A stretch of 63,104 nucleotides of DNA, the filler included. It is 7 parts of 7 records of this genome, joined end to end, with 100 filler letters (N's around TTAATTAATTAA, not from the genome) between each part and the next. Parts side by side here need not be neighbours in the genome. Positions count along the whole stretch, not along the records: positions 1 to 9,470 come from SRR20825019_2107; positions 9,571 to 21,837 come from SRR20825019_2108; 5 more parts are not named here. One strand, written 5' to 3'. Shown in pieces: positions 8,819 to 17,969 of this stretch. Each line of letters opens with the position of its first letter. The stretch's first letter is position 1. Both the position numbers and the translations under genes were made by a program. The notes beneath the pieces are model-generated. The model was not told where the DNA came from. It searched no databases and saw only the letters and a program-made list of their open reading frames with translations.

Positions 8819-9470
8819 CGAACATCGCATCGATGATCACCGACCTTGGTGACAAATTCAAAGCCACCACCGAAGACCTTTCCGCCCGTCTTTCCGATCT
8901 CGAGCGCCGCGCCGCGCGCGCAAATGGCGATCACGAGTATGCCGCGAACGATAACCAACAACTCCCCCTGGCTGCAGCAATCGCCGGCAGTGATGAGATT
9001 GCGGACCTGTCCAGCGCGTTCCGAGGCAAGGTCACGCTGAAGCTCCAGGAACAGAATGCCGCCATTACGAGCGCGCCTTCGACGGTGGGTAACAACACAT
9101 CCGCGGGTACGTCCCTCGTGCCGACGCATCGCGTCGATGGTATCGTCACTCCCTATGAACGGCAGCTCCGCGTACGCGACGTAATCGGCCAGGCTCGCAC
9201 CACCTCCAATGCAGTTGAGTACGTTAGGGAAGAGAGCTTTACAAACAACGCCAATGTCGTTTCGGAAGGCGCGAAGAAGCCGCAGTCGGACCTCGGTTTC
9301 GAGCTTTACACGGCGCCGGTTCGCACCATTGCCCATACCTTCAAGATCAGCCGTCAGATGCTTGATGATGGGCCGGCCCTGGCTGCGTATGTGGGCCGAC
9401 GCGGTACCTACGGCCTGCAGTTCGTGGAGGAGCAGCAAATCCTTTTCGGCGATGGCACCGGCCAGAACAT
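8815..9470 (+). CDS. HK97-family major capsid protein (3' truncated)
   Basis: N-terminal coiled-coil/delta region, then LRVRDVI, VEYVRE, VSEGAKKPQSD, VRTIAH and ISRQMLDD motifs. Confidence 0.9.
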
Positions 9471-9570
9471 NNNNNNNNNNNNNNNNNNNNNNNNNNNNNN
9501 NNNNNNNNNNNNNNTTAATTAATTAANNNNNNNNNNNNNNNNNNNNNNNNNNNNNNNNNNNNNNNNNNNN
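9471..9570. other. artificial contig spacer
   Basis: N-run, TTAATTAATTAA (stops in all six frames), N-run. Confidence 0.99.
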
Positions 9571-9628
9571 TTAGAGCCGACCGCTCATAACGGTCTGGTT
9601 CCAGGTTCGAGTCCTGGTGGGCCCACCA
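9571..9628 (+). tRNA. tRNA with CAT anticodon, probably Ile2 (lysidine); 5' truncated
   Basis: Anticodon arm GACCG-CTCATAA-CGGTC; T-arm CCAGG-TTCGAGT-CCTGG; ends GGGCCCACCA. Confidence 0.9.
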
Positions 9629-9721
9629 TTGTCTTCATATCTTGACGCGACCAGAAATACCTGAGTCGATTTTTCGCAAGAAAAACAATGGTCGACCAGA
9701 ATTTTTGAGTCTCGGCGCATG

Positions 9722-9761
9722 GGAGGCTGGAATCGCTGAAACTTCAGCGTTTCCAGCCTCC
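9722..9761. repeat. 19-bp-arm inverted repeat (hairpin)
   Basis: GGAGGCTGGAATCGCTGAA-AC-TTCAGCGTTTCCAGCCTCC, one mismatch. Confidence 0.85.
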
Positions 9762-9885
9762 TTCGCCCTATGGAAGCTGCGATTTGTCTGGTAGTGGCCA
9801 TGGAGCGGACCGCGGCGCATCAAGTGAACAACTGAGAGCCTGTTTGGGCCGAGAATGAACGGCATCATCTCAAACGGAACCTTAA

Positions 9886-10647
9886 ATGCCTCGACCCACC
9901 TTACCCGACGTACTGGACCGCATGTCCACGGACGAGCGTGCGGACAAGGCGAAGCTTAAGATCAAGCAGGTCGTGGATCGAATTAGCGGCTTGCTAGCAT
10001 TGGCGGAGAGCAATGCCCTGATCGTCTATTCTCCATTGCTGTCCAGCCAAATCCGCCCATCCACCGCCGGCCATGCGTTCAATGTATTTCAAAGGGCGAT
10101 GCATGGCTTCGAGATCGTCCAGCTCTGCGCCCTCTGGGACAAGCCGGACTATAGCCTCGCCCACAACAGCATTCCAACGGTACACGCACTGATCGATCGC
10201 GACGACGTCGTAGAGCGATTGGTGGACGATGTGCGAAATTTCTGGCCGGATCGAACTGTATCGCAGGCCCCGTCTGGCCACACGCTTGCCAACTACAATA
10301 GCAGGATGCGGCAGGAAGAAGCCGGAAAAGCCCTTACGGTGCTGAGCGCCCTGCGGAAATCGGTACCTGAGACCCTCGCGTCCGACCTACTGAGTTCGGT
10401 CCGCAACCTTCGCGACAGGGAACTGGCCCACGCCTTGGAAAGAACGCGAGCCGAGGAACGAGCAACCGTGGCGCCGATGAAGTACGGGGATGAAAAGGAT
10501 TTGCTGGCAGTCACCACCCGAGTGATGGAAGACCTTTATCTCTGGATCACCGGCACCAATTTCGACCTAGATGAGAATCGTCGCCTCCAACGAGAGCGGG
10601 CGGAGGCACTATGGGGCAACTGCAGCTTCTCCATCCCGGGCAGATAA
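9886..10647 (+). CDS. HEPN-domain protein (AbiU2-like)
   Basis: All-helical pattern; IVQLCALWD and RNLRDRELAH (R-x5-H HEPN-type motif). Confidence 0.7.
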   Translation: MPRPTLPDVLDRMSTDERADKAKLKIKQVVDRISGLLALAESNALIVYSPLLSSQIRPSTAGHAFNVFQRAMHGFEIVQLCALWDKPDYSLAHNSIPTVHALIDRDDVVERLVDDVRNFWPDRTVSQAPSGHTLANYNSRMRQEEAGKALTVLSALRKSVPETLASDLLSSVRNLRDRELAHALERTRAEERATVAPMKYGDEKDLLAVTTRVMEDLYLWITGTNFDLDENRRLQRERAEALWGNCSFSIPGR

Positions 10648-10734
10648 GGGACCACTACCTGTCCGAACAGAACGAGGCAGGCGATATAAATGCGGCATCG
10701 AGTGCTCTATCAGCATCGTCCAGGCCGCCCCGGA

Positions 10735-11085
10735 TCAGGGACCAACTATGATCAAGCCATCTTGCTTCATGGCCTGAACCAACGACGGGTTGCCAAACGT
10801 TTCGGGAAATTCCCACTGTTTTTGGGAAACCGCGATGGCTTGGATATCCTCTCCACTCTCGAGCATGACGTCGTAGGACAGTTCCGCCAGCCGGTCCCTG
10901 ACCGCGCGACGGTCGCCGATAACCCTCAGGATCACTGCGACGTCGATATCGCTGTCCTCATTCGCTTCTCCGCGCGCGTGGCTGCCGAAGAGCACCAGCC
11001 CGGCAAAGTCGTCTCCATACGCGCTCTTCACGAGCTCGGCGAATGAACTCAAGGCCGTGTGGATATTTGGGGTCATGTTGCTCAT
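10735..11085 (-). CDS. minimal nucleotidyltransferase (MNT)
   Basis: LVLFGSHARGEANEDSDIDVAV matches GS-x-ARG...SDxD; about 116 aa. Confidence 0.9.
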   Translation of the reverse strand: MSNMTPNIHTALSSFAELVKSAYGDDFAGLVLFGSHARGEANEDSDIDVAVILRVIGDRRAVRDRLAELSYDVMLESGEDIQAIAVSQKQWEFPETFGNPSLVQAMKQDGLIIVGP

Positions 11086-11250
11086 ATGGTTGGCCTGGAT
11101 TTCGATGGTAACCGGAGATGATGCAGATTGAGATCTATCACCGCCCTGATGGTTGCGCTGCATTGAGCTGGTGTGCGGACAAGTAAATGGGCAATGCAGG
11201 GTTGGCCGCCACTAACTATCCCGCTGCGCCGAAACAAGTAAGGATAGCTC

Positions 11251-12884
11251 TTGGAAGCCGTTACCCGCATTGAAAAAATCCGTTGCGACTACCTGGAGAG
11301 AGTCGGGCGAGCGTGGGCCGGCCTGGAGCGACAACTCTTGCTCGAGCTCGTCCGATCGCTCGATGAAACCGCCTTCGCATTTCATGTGGCGCCCAACGGA
11401 CCGGAATTGCAGAAACACGACACCGCCCGCAATTTGATGATGTTCGGCGCGAGCACTGCACTGGCACCGCTGTTGGCGGTGCTTCGCGACGACCCGGGAG
11501 GCGTTCCATGGGCGCCATCGGACTCGCGCCTTGCCAGCCTCGCGGATGATTACCTGATCGAATGCGGCAAGTTCTCGGTGGTGCATCGGTTGGCCTCGCT
11601 CGAACGCTACGGACTAGCGGAAATCAGTTTCCCGTCCCCCGACAAACTCGTCATCGAAGTCGAGGACGACGGACCGGAGGCCGGGGAGCGAGCCGAAGGG
11701 GGCTGGCTAGGCGCGCAGCAACGCCTGCGGCTCGCTAAGCTGGAGAGCAGTCTGGTGGCAAAGAAGGAGATCATCGGACAACGAATCGGCAGCTACACCA
11801 CTGCTGCGGGAGGCTGGTCCATAGCCTACGACCCCGACGACGAAACGTTTGGGTACCATCGCGACCTTGCGGAAGTATTCGCCGCGGGCACCGCCGAGTT
11901 GGATAGCCTACCCCCGGCATCCATGATCGGAGGCCGCAGTTTCGATGAATGGAACGGTGTATCGGTGAGGCATACGGGAAGGTGCTTCATCATATCGCCT
12001 GCGCAACCAAGCTGAAGTCGCAGCAGCCCCGGCTGAACCTGAGAAATCTTCTCACCGTCTTCTCCCGGAAGGAGGATATCCATGAACTTTGGGGCGGAGG
12101 GACCAAGGGTCGCCAAGTGCTGGATCTGCTCGGGCTGGATGCGGACGCGGCGGCGCGTCTCGACCGGAATCATGAGATTCCCATACCGTACTATATCGAC
12201 TTCGGGCGCGACTTCGTTCTGCTGCCGATGTTCGGGGCGCTGATGAACCCGATTGCCGGCATGACCGGTCAGCTCCGTCATTTGCATCGTCGTGACTGGG
12301 ACAGGTCGTTGAATGCCCGCGAGGCGGTGTTCAGGACGGATCTGGCCGAGGAGTTGGGCTCCGAGCGATACTTAGTGCCTGGGCACGGGTTCAATCTGCA
12401 GAAGGATGACGGGTCCGATCTGACCGACGTGGACGCCGCGGTCGTAGCCAGGAAAACGGGGGAACTCTGTCTCATCCAATTGAAATGGCCGGACATATAC
12501 GGGCGATCATTGGCGGAACGCGAAAGTCGCCGCACCAATCTCGTGAAGGCCAACGAGTGGGTTGAGCGCGTTCACCGTTGGATCGCAGGCAGGAACTCCG
12601 CAGATGTCTGTAAGGCGCTCCACCTCGCGCACGGCAGCGACCGCCCCGTATCGCTGATGGTCCTCACGCGCCACGTCGCCGATTTCGTGGCGACGACGAC
12701 CTTCGACCGCCGCGCCATCTGGACGAGTTGGCCGCGGCTCGCGAGGACGGTGTCCGAGAACCGCGACGATAACTTCCTCGCGGCTCTTGTTCGGAGAGCG
12801 GATCGCCCGGCTGCGAGGCACTGGAAAACAGTCGTCAACGAATACCGTTTTCCCGGTCTGTCCGTCGAAGTCAGGGTGAGTTGA
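11251..12884 (+). pseudogene. frameshifted large protein with C-terminal PD-(D/E)xK-like nuclease domain
   Basis: Overlapping ORFs 11251..12015 and 11949..12884 join by a -1 shift near 11950-11970; motif TDVDAAVV...LCLIQLKW. Confidence 0.6.
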
Positions 12885-12958
12885 GGTACCGAGGGCAATT
12901 CCGCGCCCGAGAGATATCAGGTACGGACCAGTCGTGCTTCGGCGACATTTGTGTCCTC

Positions 12959-14725
12959 TCACTTGGCTTGCGGGACCTTGATCTCCTTCGCTGCGGCGAG
13001 GCGAAGGAATTCGAGTTCCACCAGCCCTACCCGATGTACGCTTGCGGCCAGAGCGCTGGCGTCGTGCTGGGCCTTCATGTCCTTGATGTCGCCGAGCCAG
13101 AAATACTCCCGCCCCTTGCTGTCGGTGAAGATGAAATCGTCGCCGTCCTTCTTCGCCCTCACGGATTTCGCGTCAGGATCGGCTTCGAACTTGACGACCT
13201 GGGTGCTGCCGGGCTTCCCGCTGATGATCAGCGGGGTTCCTGCCGACAGATCCCGTTCCTTCACCACCAGGTTGAACTCCTTCGTTGCTGCCTCCCCTGT
13301 CTGGAACGGGAAGCCCGTCGCTCCCGTAAGGCGCACGCTGTCGCATCTTGGCTGCATACACACCAGATAGTTGGCGCCCAGATCATCGTAGTTCGGCTTC
13401 TCGGCCTCGTTCTTCGGGCCTCTAACCTTGAGGACGGACCCGAGCGTCAACGTAGGGAGCCAACCTTGCGGCAACCGGGTTCGCCCGTAAGCCTCTCGCT
13501 TGAAGGCGCTCAGCCTGGCGAACTCGATCTGCCTCTGCCATGCGTCCGCGGCGCTTGCGTAGAATACTTCCCCGACGTTGTGTCCGCCGAGACCACCTTC
13601 GGCGGCGGTGCCGTCCGCTTTTGTCAGCTTGTCTTTGGTCGCCTTCAGCTTGGCGAATCCACCGACAACGAACTCCTTGACGATTTCCGGCGAGGCCTCG
13701 GCGCCGCCCTTCACGAACTTGTGGGAGACGCTCTTGACGTCCACCCATGAATTCAGCACGTCCGAACCGATCTGGCCGTCAAGCCGCTCATCGACCGCTA
13801 TCGCATTCTGCAGCTCGCCCAGGAGCAGGTTGATCGCGAACTCCACGGCCTCGTCGGGATCGACTAGTGTCGACCGGTGGGCCAGATAGGCGCCGTCCAG
13901 TTCCTCGCCGAACACCGCCACGACGTGGTGGGCGGATCGTCTCACGGCGGAGATGGAGTGCAAGGCGAAACTGGTCAGCAGACCGGCGGAGAGGTGCACG
14001 AACTCCTTGAGAAGGCGTTCGGGCAGGTCCTGTTCGCTCACCTTCTCGACGTCGTCATCCCCGATCGACTGGGGTTTACTCAGCACACAGATGCGGACGT
14101 TGGCGCCGACGATCGCCGCCCCCGACAGGGTAAATTTGTCGGCCAGCTCCGGGACGGCGACGATCTGATCGAACAGTTCCTTCGCGATCACGGAGACGCC
14201 GTTCTGGGACGTGTAGACGGACAGCAGGCGTAGCCTGCCATTGCCGGAGATGTCGTCCTTGAGTATCGCGATGATGATCTCCACGGCCTTCACCGAGGAA
14301 TTGTTCTCCAGCAGCCAGTCCACGACCACCACGTCGGCGTGCTTGGCTGCGTTCGTCGCCAACGACACCATGTTCTCGCCGGGCTCCGGCCGATAAAGCC
14401 CGCAGATGATCTCCCTATCCGAGAAGGCATCGGTCAGGAGCTTGGCATTCAAGCTGCCTGCTGCGCTGTGCAGGGGGGCATTTTGTTTCCCGGCTTCGGG
14501 CACGGGCTCGACGGCGGGTACCTCATCCGACTCGGGTTGCGCCGCAGCGGAGGCCGGTTCTTGTTTCAGCACGCCGGCAGGCTTGCGCACTGCGACCTTC
14601 GGCTCGGTCGACGGTGCCGGGACGGCTCGCATCTCCGCCTCGTTGTCGATGACGACGGCAGTCTGCAGGAACCGTCGCACCCCCGACAACCGATAGTCCT
14701 GAAACGCTTTGGCGGCCTGAGCCAT
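12959..14725 (-). CDS. large response-regulator receiver protein with uncharacterised C-terminal domain
   Basis: REC motifs VVIDNE, VVVDW (phospho-Asp), VYTS and LSK; C-terminal TLGSVL...YLVCMQPRCDSVR; GGGGGAG RBS in the 15-bp gap after the kinase gene. Confidence 0.85.
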   Translation of the reverse strand: MAQAAKAFQDYRLSGVRRFLQTAVVIDNEAEMRAVPAPSTEPKVAVRKPAGVLKQEPASAAAQPESDEVPAVEPVPEAGKQNAPLHSAAGSLNAKLLTDAFSDREIICGLYRPEPGENMVSLATNAAKHADVVVVDWLLENNSSVKAVEIIIAILKDDISGNGRLRLLSVYTSQNGVSVIAKELFDQIVAVPELADKFTLSGAAIVGANVRICVLSKPQSIGDDDVEKVSEQDLPERLLKEFVHLSAGLLTSFALHSISAVRRSAHHVVAVFGEELDGAYLAHRSTLVDPDEAVEFAINLLLGELQNAIAVDERLDGQIGSDVLNSWVDVKSVSHKFVKGGAEASPEIVKEFVVGGFAKLKATKDKLTKADGTAAEGGLGGHNVGEVFYASAADAWQRQIEFARLSAFKREAYGRTRLPQGWLPTLTLGSVLKVRGPKNEAEKPNYDDLGANYLVCMQPRCDSVRLTGATGFPFQTGEAATKEFNLVVKERDLSAGTPLIISGKPGSTQVVKFEADPDAKSVRAKKDGDDFIFTDSKGREYFWLGDIKDMKAQHDASALAASVHRVGLVELEFLRLAAAKEIKVPQAK

Positions 14726-14740
14726 CTTGTACTCCCCCGA

Positions 14741-17701
14741 TTATTCCCTTGGACCGATCGCGAACTGCGGTCTGACGTTCTCGCCCGCTGCCTGCAATGT
14801 TAGGTCCAGGCCGTTCGAGCGCAGCGCCTGACGCGCGATGAACAGCCCCATTCCCCGTCCGCCTATCTTCTCCGTAGCGCCGAATTCGAAGATGCGGTCC
14901 GCGATGCGCAACGGGATGCCGGGGCCGCTGTTGGAGATGAGAAATAGATCCTCGTCCGCATCGAGAAGGATTTCGCGTTCCCCGCCCGGCACGGTCGTGA
15001 TCCAGTGGATGGCGTTGTCCACGATGTTCACGAAGCTTGGCAGGATGATGGGAGGCAAAGCCAGTATCACCTTGCTGCGGAACGCCGGCGTGGCCACCAA
15101 CTTGATGTCGTGGCGGCGGAGCCGGTCGTTGAACACCTCGAAAAGATAGTTCCGTATCTCCTCGCCCGAGAGTTCCACGGGCTTCCTGTGTAGTCTCCGA
15201 CTCAAGGGCGTGAACAGCGTGAGGTAACTATCGAGATGATCGAAGCCATCGCTCAGGTCGTCCCGTATCTCACGGATTTCGGACGTTCCATACGCCCAGG
15301 GTTGCAACTGGGCGATGGCCGTGCGGATTCGTTTCACCGTATTGGCGAATTCATGCTGGACGATCCCGATCGCCATGCCGGATTGTGCCAGCTCCGAGTA
15401 CATGTCCAACTGCTCTTCCAAGGCATCGGCACGACTTTCCAATGCGGCGGTCGTCGCGTCGAGGGTTCCGCCTTCCGCGACCGCCCCTGTCAGCGACACC
15501 AGTTGTTCGCCTAGTGCTTCGAGCAGGTCCCGGGCATCCTTGGCGATAACGTCCGCCCGATTCTCCCATCCCCGCTGCAGATGGGTCAAATCCGACTCCG
15601 ACATGTCGGAGATATCGGTCCGACCGACTTCGGCGAAAATCAGGTCGAACCCGGATGCCATGCGCTCCAGGGCCTTTCTCGCCATTGTGTCGACCTGCTG
15701 CGACAGACCGGTCGTACGCTCGAGGACTTGGCGACGGAGGCGGGTGGCCTCGTTCTCGGTCGACGATCGACGCTGCTCCAACGACGTGATGAGCCGACGA
15801 CGCCGATCGACGTCGATCTCGTTGACAGCCGCAACCTCGCTGATCCTCTCCTCGACCTCCACGAGCAGAGGCATGACCACTTCCCGTCTGATCCGCTCGG
15901 AATTCTGCTGATACGCGTTCCAATCCGAGGTCAGCGACTTGTTCATCCCGAGCGCGCGCGGTTTGACCACTGTGATGGACTTTTCGAGGGCTGCGACGGC
16001 GCGCCTCGCATCCGCCTCGGCGTTGATGAGCGCGTCGGCGGCTGCTTCGGGACTTTTGATCGTCGCCACTGCCGATAGGCGCTCTTCCGTCATCGCGCGG
16101 ATGCGCTCGGCTTCCCGGGTGGGGTCGCCCTTCTCGATGGATGTGAAGAAGATATCGAGCTCGGTCTTGAATTCCGCCTGGCGTTCCTTGGTCTTGGTCG
16201 CCCTCTTGGCCAGCAGCTTGGCCTCCTGGTTGATCTCCGCCTTGATCGAGTTGAATTCGGACCCGAACTGCGAAGTGGGGCGGAAGAAGTCGATGGCGAG
16301 CCGCTCGAAGAAATTTTCCAGCATACTAGTCATCTCCCGATAGGCACGGTTCGCTCTGAAGCCTTCGCGTCCCGCCTTCTCGACCAGATTGCTGTTTCGC
16401 GAATGGGTGAGTTCGACGGCGCCGAAAATGCGCCGGTACGAGAAGAACCAATCCTGCGCCGACTTCGTGCGCCGCCGTTCGATACCGACGAAATCGAAGT
16501 CGGAGTTGCCGTAGGGCAATATTCTTATGTTGTCCCTGTACACGTACAGGCCACCGATCTTGTTGAGCTTGCCGCTCAGCCGGGCCCATTCGTCCGGTGG
16601 AACCCGCGAGTCCTTCAGCGATCCTTGTAGATAAGCGAAACGGAGGCGGAACGGGCCGCACTCGGTCGGACGTCCTGTGGAGTCCGGCCATACGATGGTG
16701 TGCTGCCGTGCCGGCTGGCCGTACACCGACACGGTGCCGGTGAATTGGCCGAATTCGTCGAACTCGCCGTCGATGTGGTGGTCGGCGGAGTCGAACTCGG
16801 CGGGCGTGAAGAACGCCGACCCGCCGATGAGGTCGCGGCTGACCCCGTCCTCGCGATGATCCCAGAACTGCGCGGATATCGGTGGCTCGCCGCCTTGCGG
16901 CATCATGGTGTTGCCGAAGCCGAGGAGCATCTTCTCCAACGGAGTGGCCTCCGAGCCGGCGTCGTCGGATTGCTCTATGTCGTCCGCCAGTACCGGGTTC
17001 GTCGGACGGATGAAGAAGTGCGTGCCGAAGTCGTCGCCGGCCAGTGTCGGTCCGTCGATCTGAGCGTAGACGGAGCCCGGGTCGAAGTCGGCCATGTCGA
17101 GTTCCGACAACAACCGCTTTCCTATGTCACCGGGTATTCGATCGCCCAATTGCCAGATGTTGGCGCGGATGCGGTCGGCAAGGCCCGTCACCACGCCGAG
17201 ATCCGGCAGTTTCCCACCCTCCAGCTCGACGACCGGCACTTCGATGGCCTCGAGGTCCAATCCCGGGATTTCGAATAGGCCCCATTGTATGAGGCTGACG
17301 ACAAGTGATCCCAAACCGCTGGGACGAACGGAGCGCGTGAGCACCAGCACTTGGGGTCCGATAGCGGCGATCGCCAGCCGTCCGATACCTTTCTCGCCGG
17401 TAATGGCGCGCGCGGTCGCATTGCGAGGTCCGGTCCACGGCTGCTTACCCGGGTCGTTCGCACCGACCTTGCTCTCGGTGCCGAGGGTCAGCCACCGACC
17501 CTCGAAATCCTCCAGCGTCATGCCGATGCCGTCGTCGCGGAGGATGAAGAGCTCGTCCGCGCGAAAATAGTCGACCCGAACGTTGTCGGCATAGGCGTCG
17601 TGGGCGTTCTTGAAGAGCTCGTGGACCGCTGTCGGAATGCCCGCGATCTGCTGGCGCCCCAGCATGTCGACCGCCCTGGCGCGAACCTTGATGCGTGCCA
17701 T
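14741..17701 (-). CDS. MORC-like GHKL ATPase - coiled coil - histidine kinase fusion
   Basis: N-terminal ELFKNAHDA, DDGIGM, GEKGIGRLA; C-terminal H-box GIVQHEF, N-box NIVDNAIHW, NSGPGI, IFE and GRGMGL; no transmembrane segment seen. Confidence 0.9.
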   Translation of the reverse strand: MARIKVRARAVDMLGRQQIAGIPTAVHELFKNAHDAYADNVRVDYFRADELFILRDDGIGMTLEDFEGRWLTLGTESKVGANDPGKQPWTGPRNATARAITGEKGIGRLAIAAIGPQVLVLTRSVRPSGLGSLVVSLIQWGLFEIPGLDLEAIEVPVVELEGGKLPDLGVVTGLADRIRANIWQLGDRIPGDIGKRLLSELDMADFDPGSVYAQIDGPTLAGDDFGTHFFIRPTNPVLADDIEQSDDAGSEATPLEKMLLGFGNTMMPQGGEPPISAQFWDHREDGVSRDLIGGSAFFTPAEFDSADHHIDGEFDEFGQFTGTVSVYGQPARQHTIVWPDSTGRPTECGPFRLRFAYLQGSLKDSRVPPDEWARLSGKLNKIGGLYVYRDNIRILPYGNSDFDFVGIERRRTKSAQDWFFSYRRIFGAVELTHSRNSNLVEKAGREGFRANRAYREMTSMLENFFERLAIDFFRPTSQFGSEFNSIKAEINQEAKLLAKRATKTKERQAEFKTELDIFFTSIEKGDPTREAERIRAMTEERLSAVATIKSPEAAADALINAEADARRAVAALEKSITVVKPRALGMNKSLTSDWNAYQQNSERIRREVVMPLLVEVEERISEVAAVNEIDVDRRRRLITSLEQRRSSTENEATRLRRQVLERTTGLSQQVDTMARKALERMASGFDLIFAEVGRTDISDMSESDLTHLQRGWENRADVIAKDARDLLEALGEQLVSLTGAVAEGGTLDATTAALESRADALEEQLDMYSELAQSGMAIGIVQHEFANTVKRIRTAIAQLQPWAYGTSEIREIRDDLSDGFDHLDSYLTLFTPLSRRLHRKPVELSGEEIRNYLFEVFNDRLRRHDIKLVATPAFRSKVILALPPIILPSFVNIVDNAIHWITTVPGGEREILLDADEDLFLISNSGPGIPLRIADRIFEFGATEKIGGRGMGLFIARQALRSNGLDLTLQAAGENVRPQFAIGPRE

Positions 17702-17969
17702 TATGCGGACGCTCCGAAAAGTATGTTCGAGAACACTCGCCCCGGGGCTGCGCCTCTATCCCTCGCCTGCGTCATTGTTTTCTTATTCGGCCCATATCCT
17801 TTTGCACCCTAAACTAAGCTGAAAATTCTTACACAACTTATTACTCCAATGGGCGCGATCATTGTCGCCGGGTTGCTGTTGCCTTTCAGCGAACTCGTCC
17901 AGCGGAGGAAATCCGGGGATCCGCAAAAATTCGGATCGACCTCGGCGTCGACGAAGACCAGGCTTGGGC

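Larger units (their letters stand above)
2335..9470 (+). mobile_element. integrated phage satellite (PICI/cf-PICI-like) or cryptic prophage, truncated by contig end
   Basis: att core, tyrosine integrase, AlpA, replication helicase-like gene and major capsid gene, all co-directional. Confidence 0.8.

Noticed and set aside
8815-9628. tRNA(CAT) at 9571 as the right-hand att site of the satellite
   Set aside because: It is on a different contig, and the att core at 2335 matches tRNA-Asn rather than this tRNA
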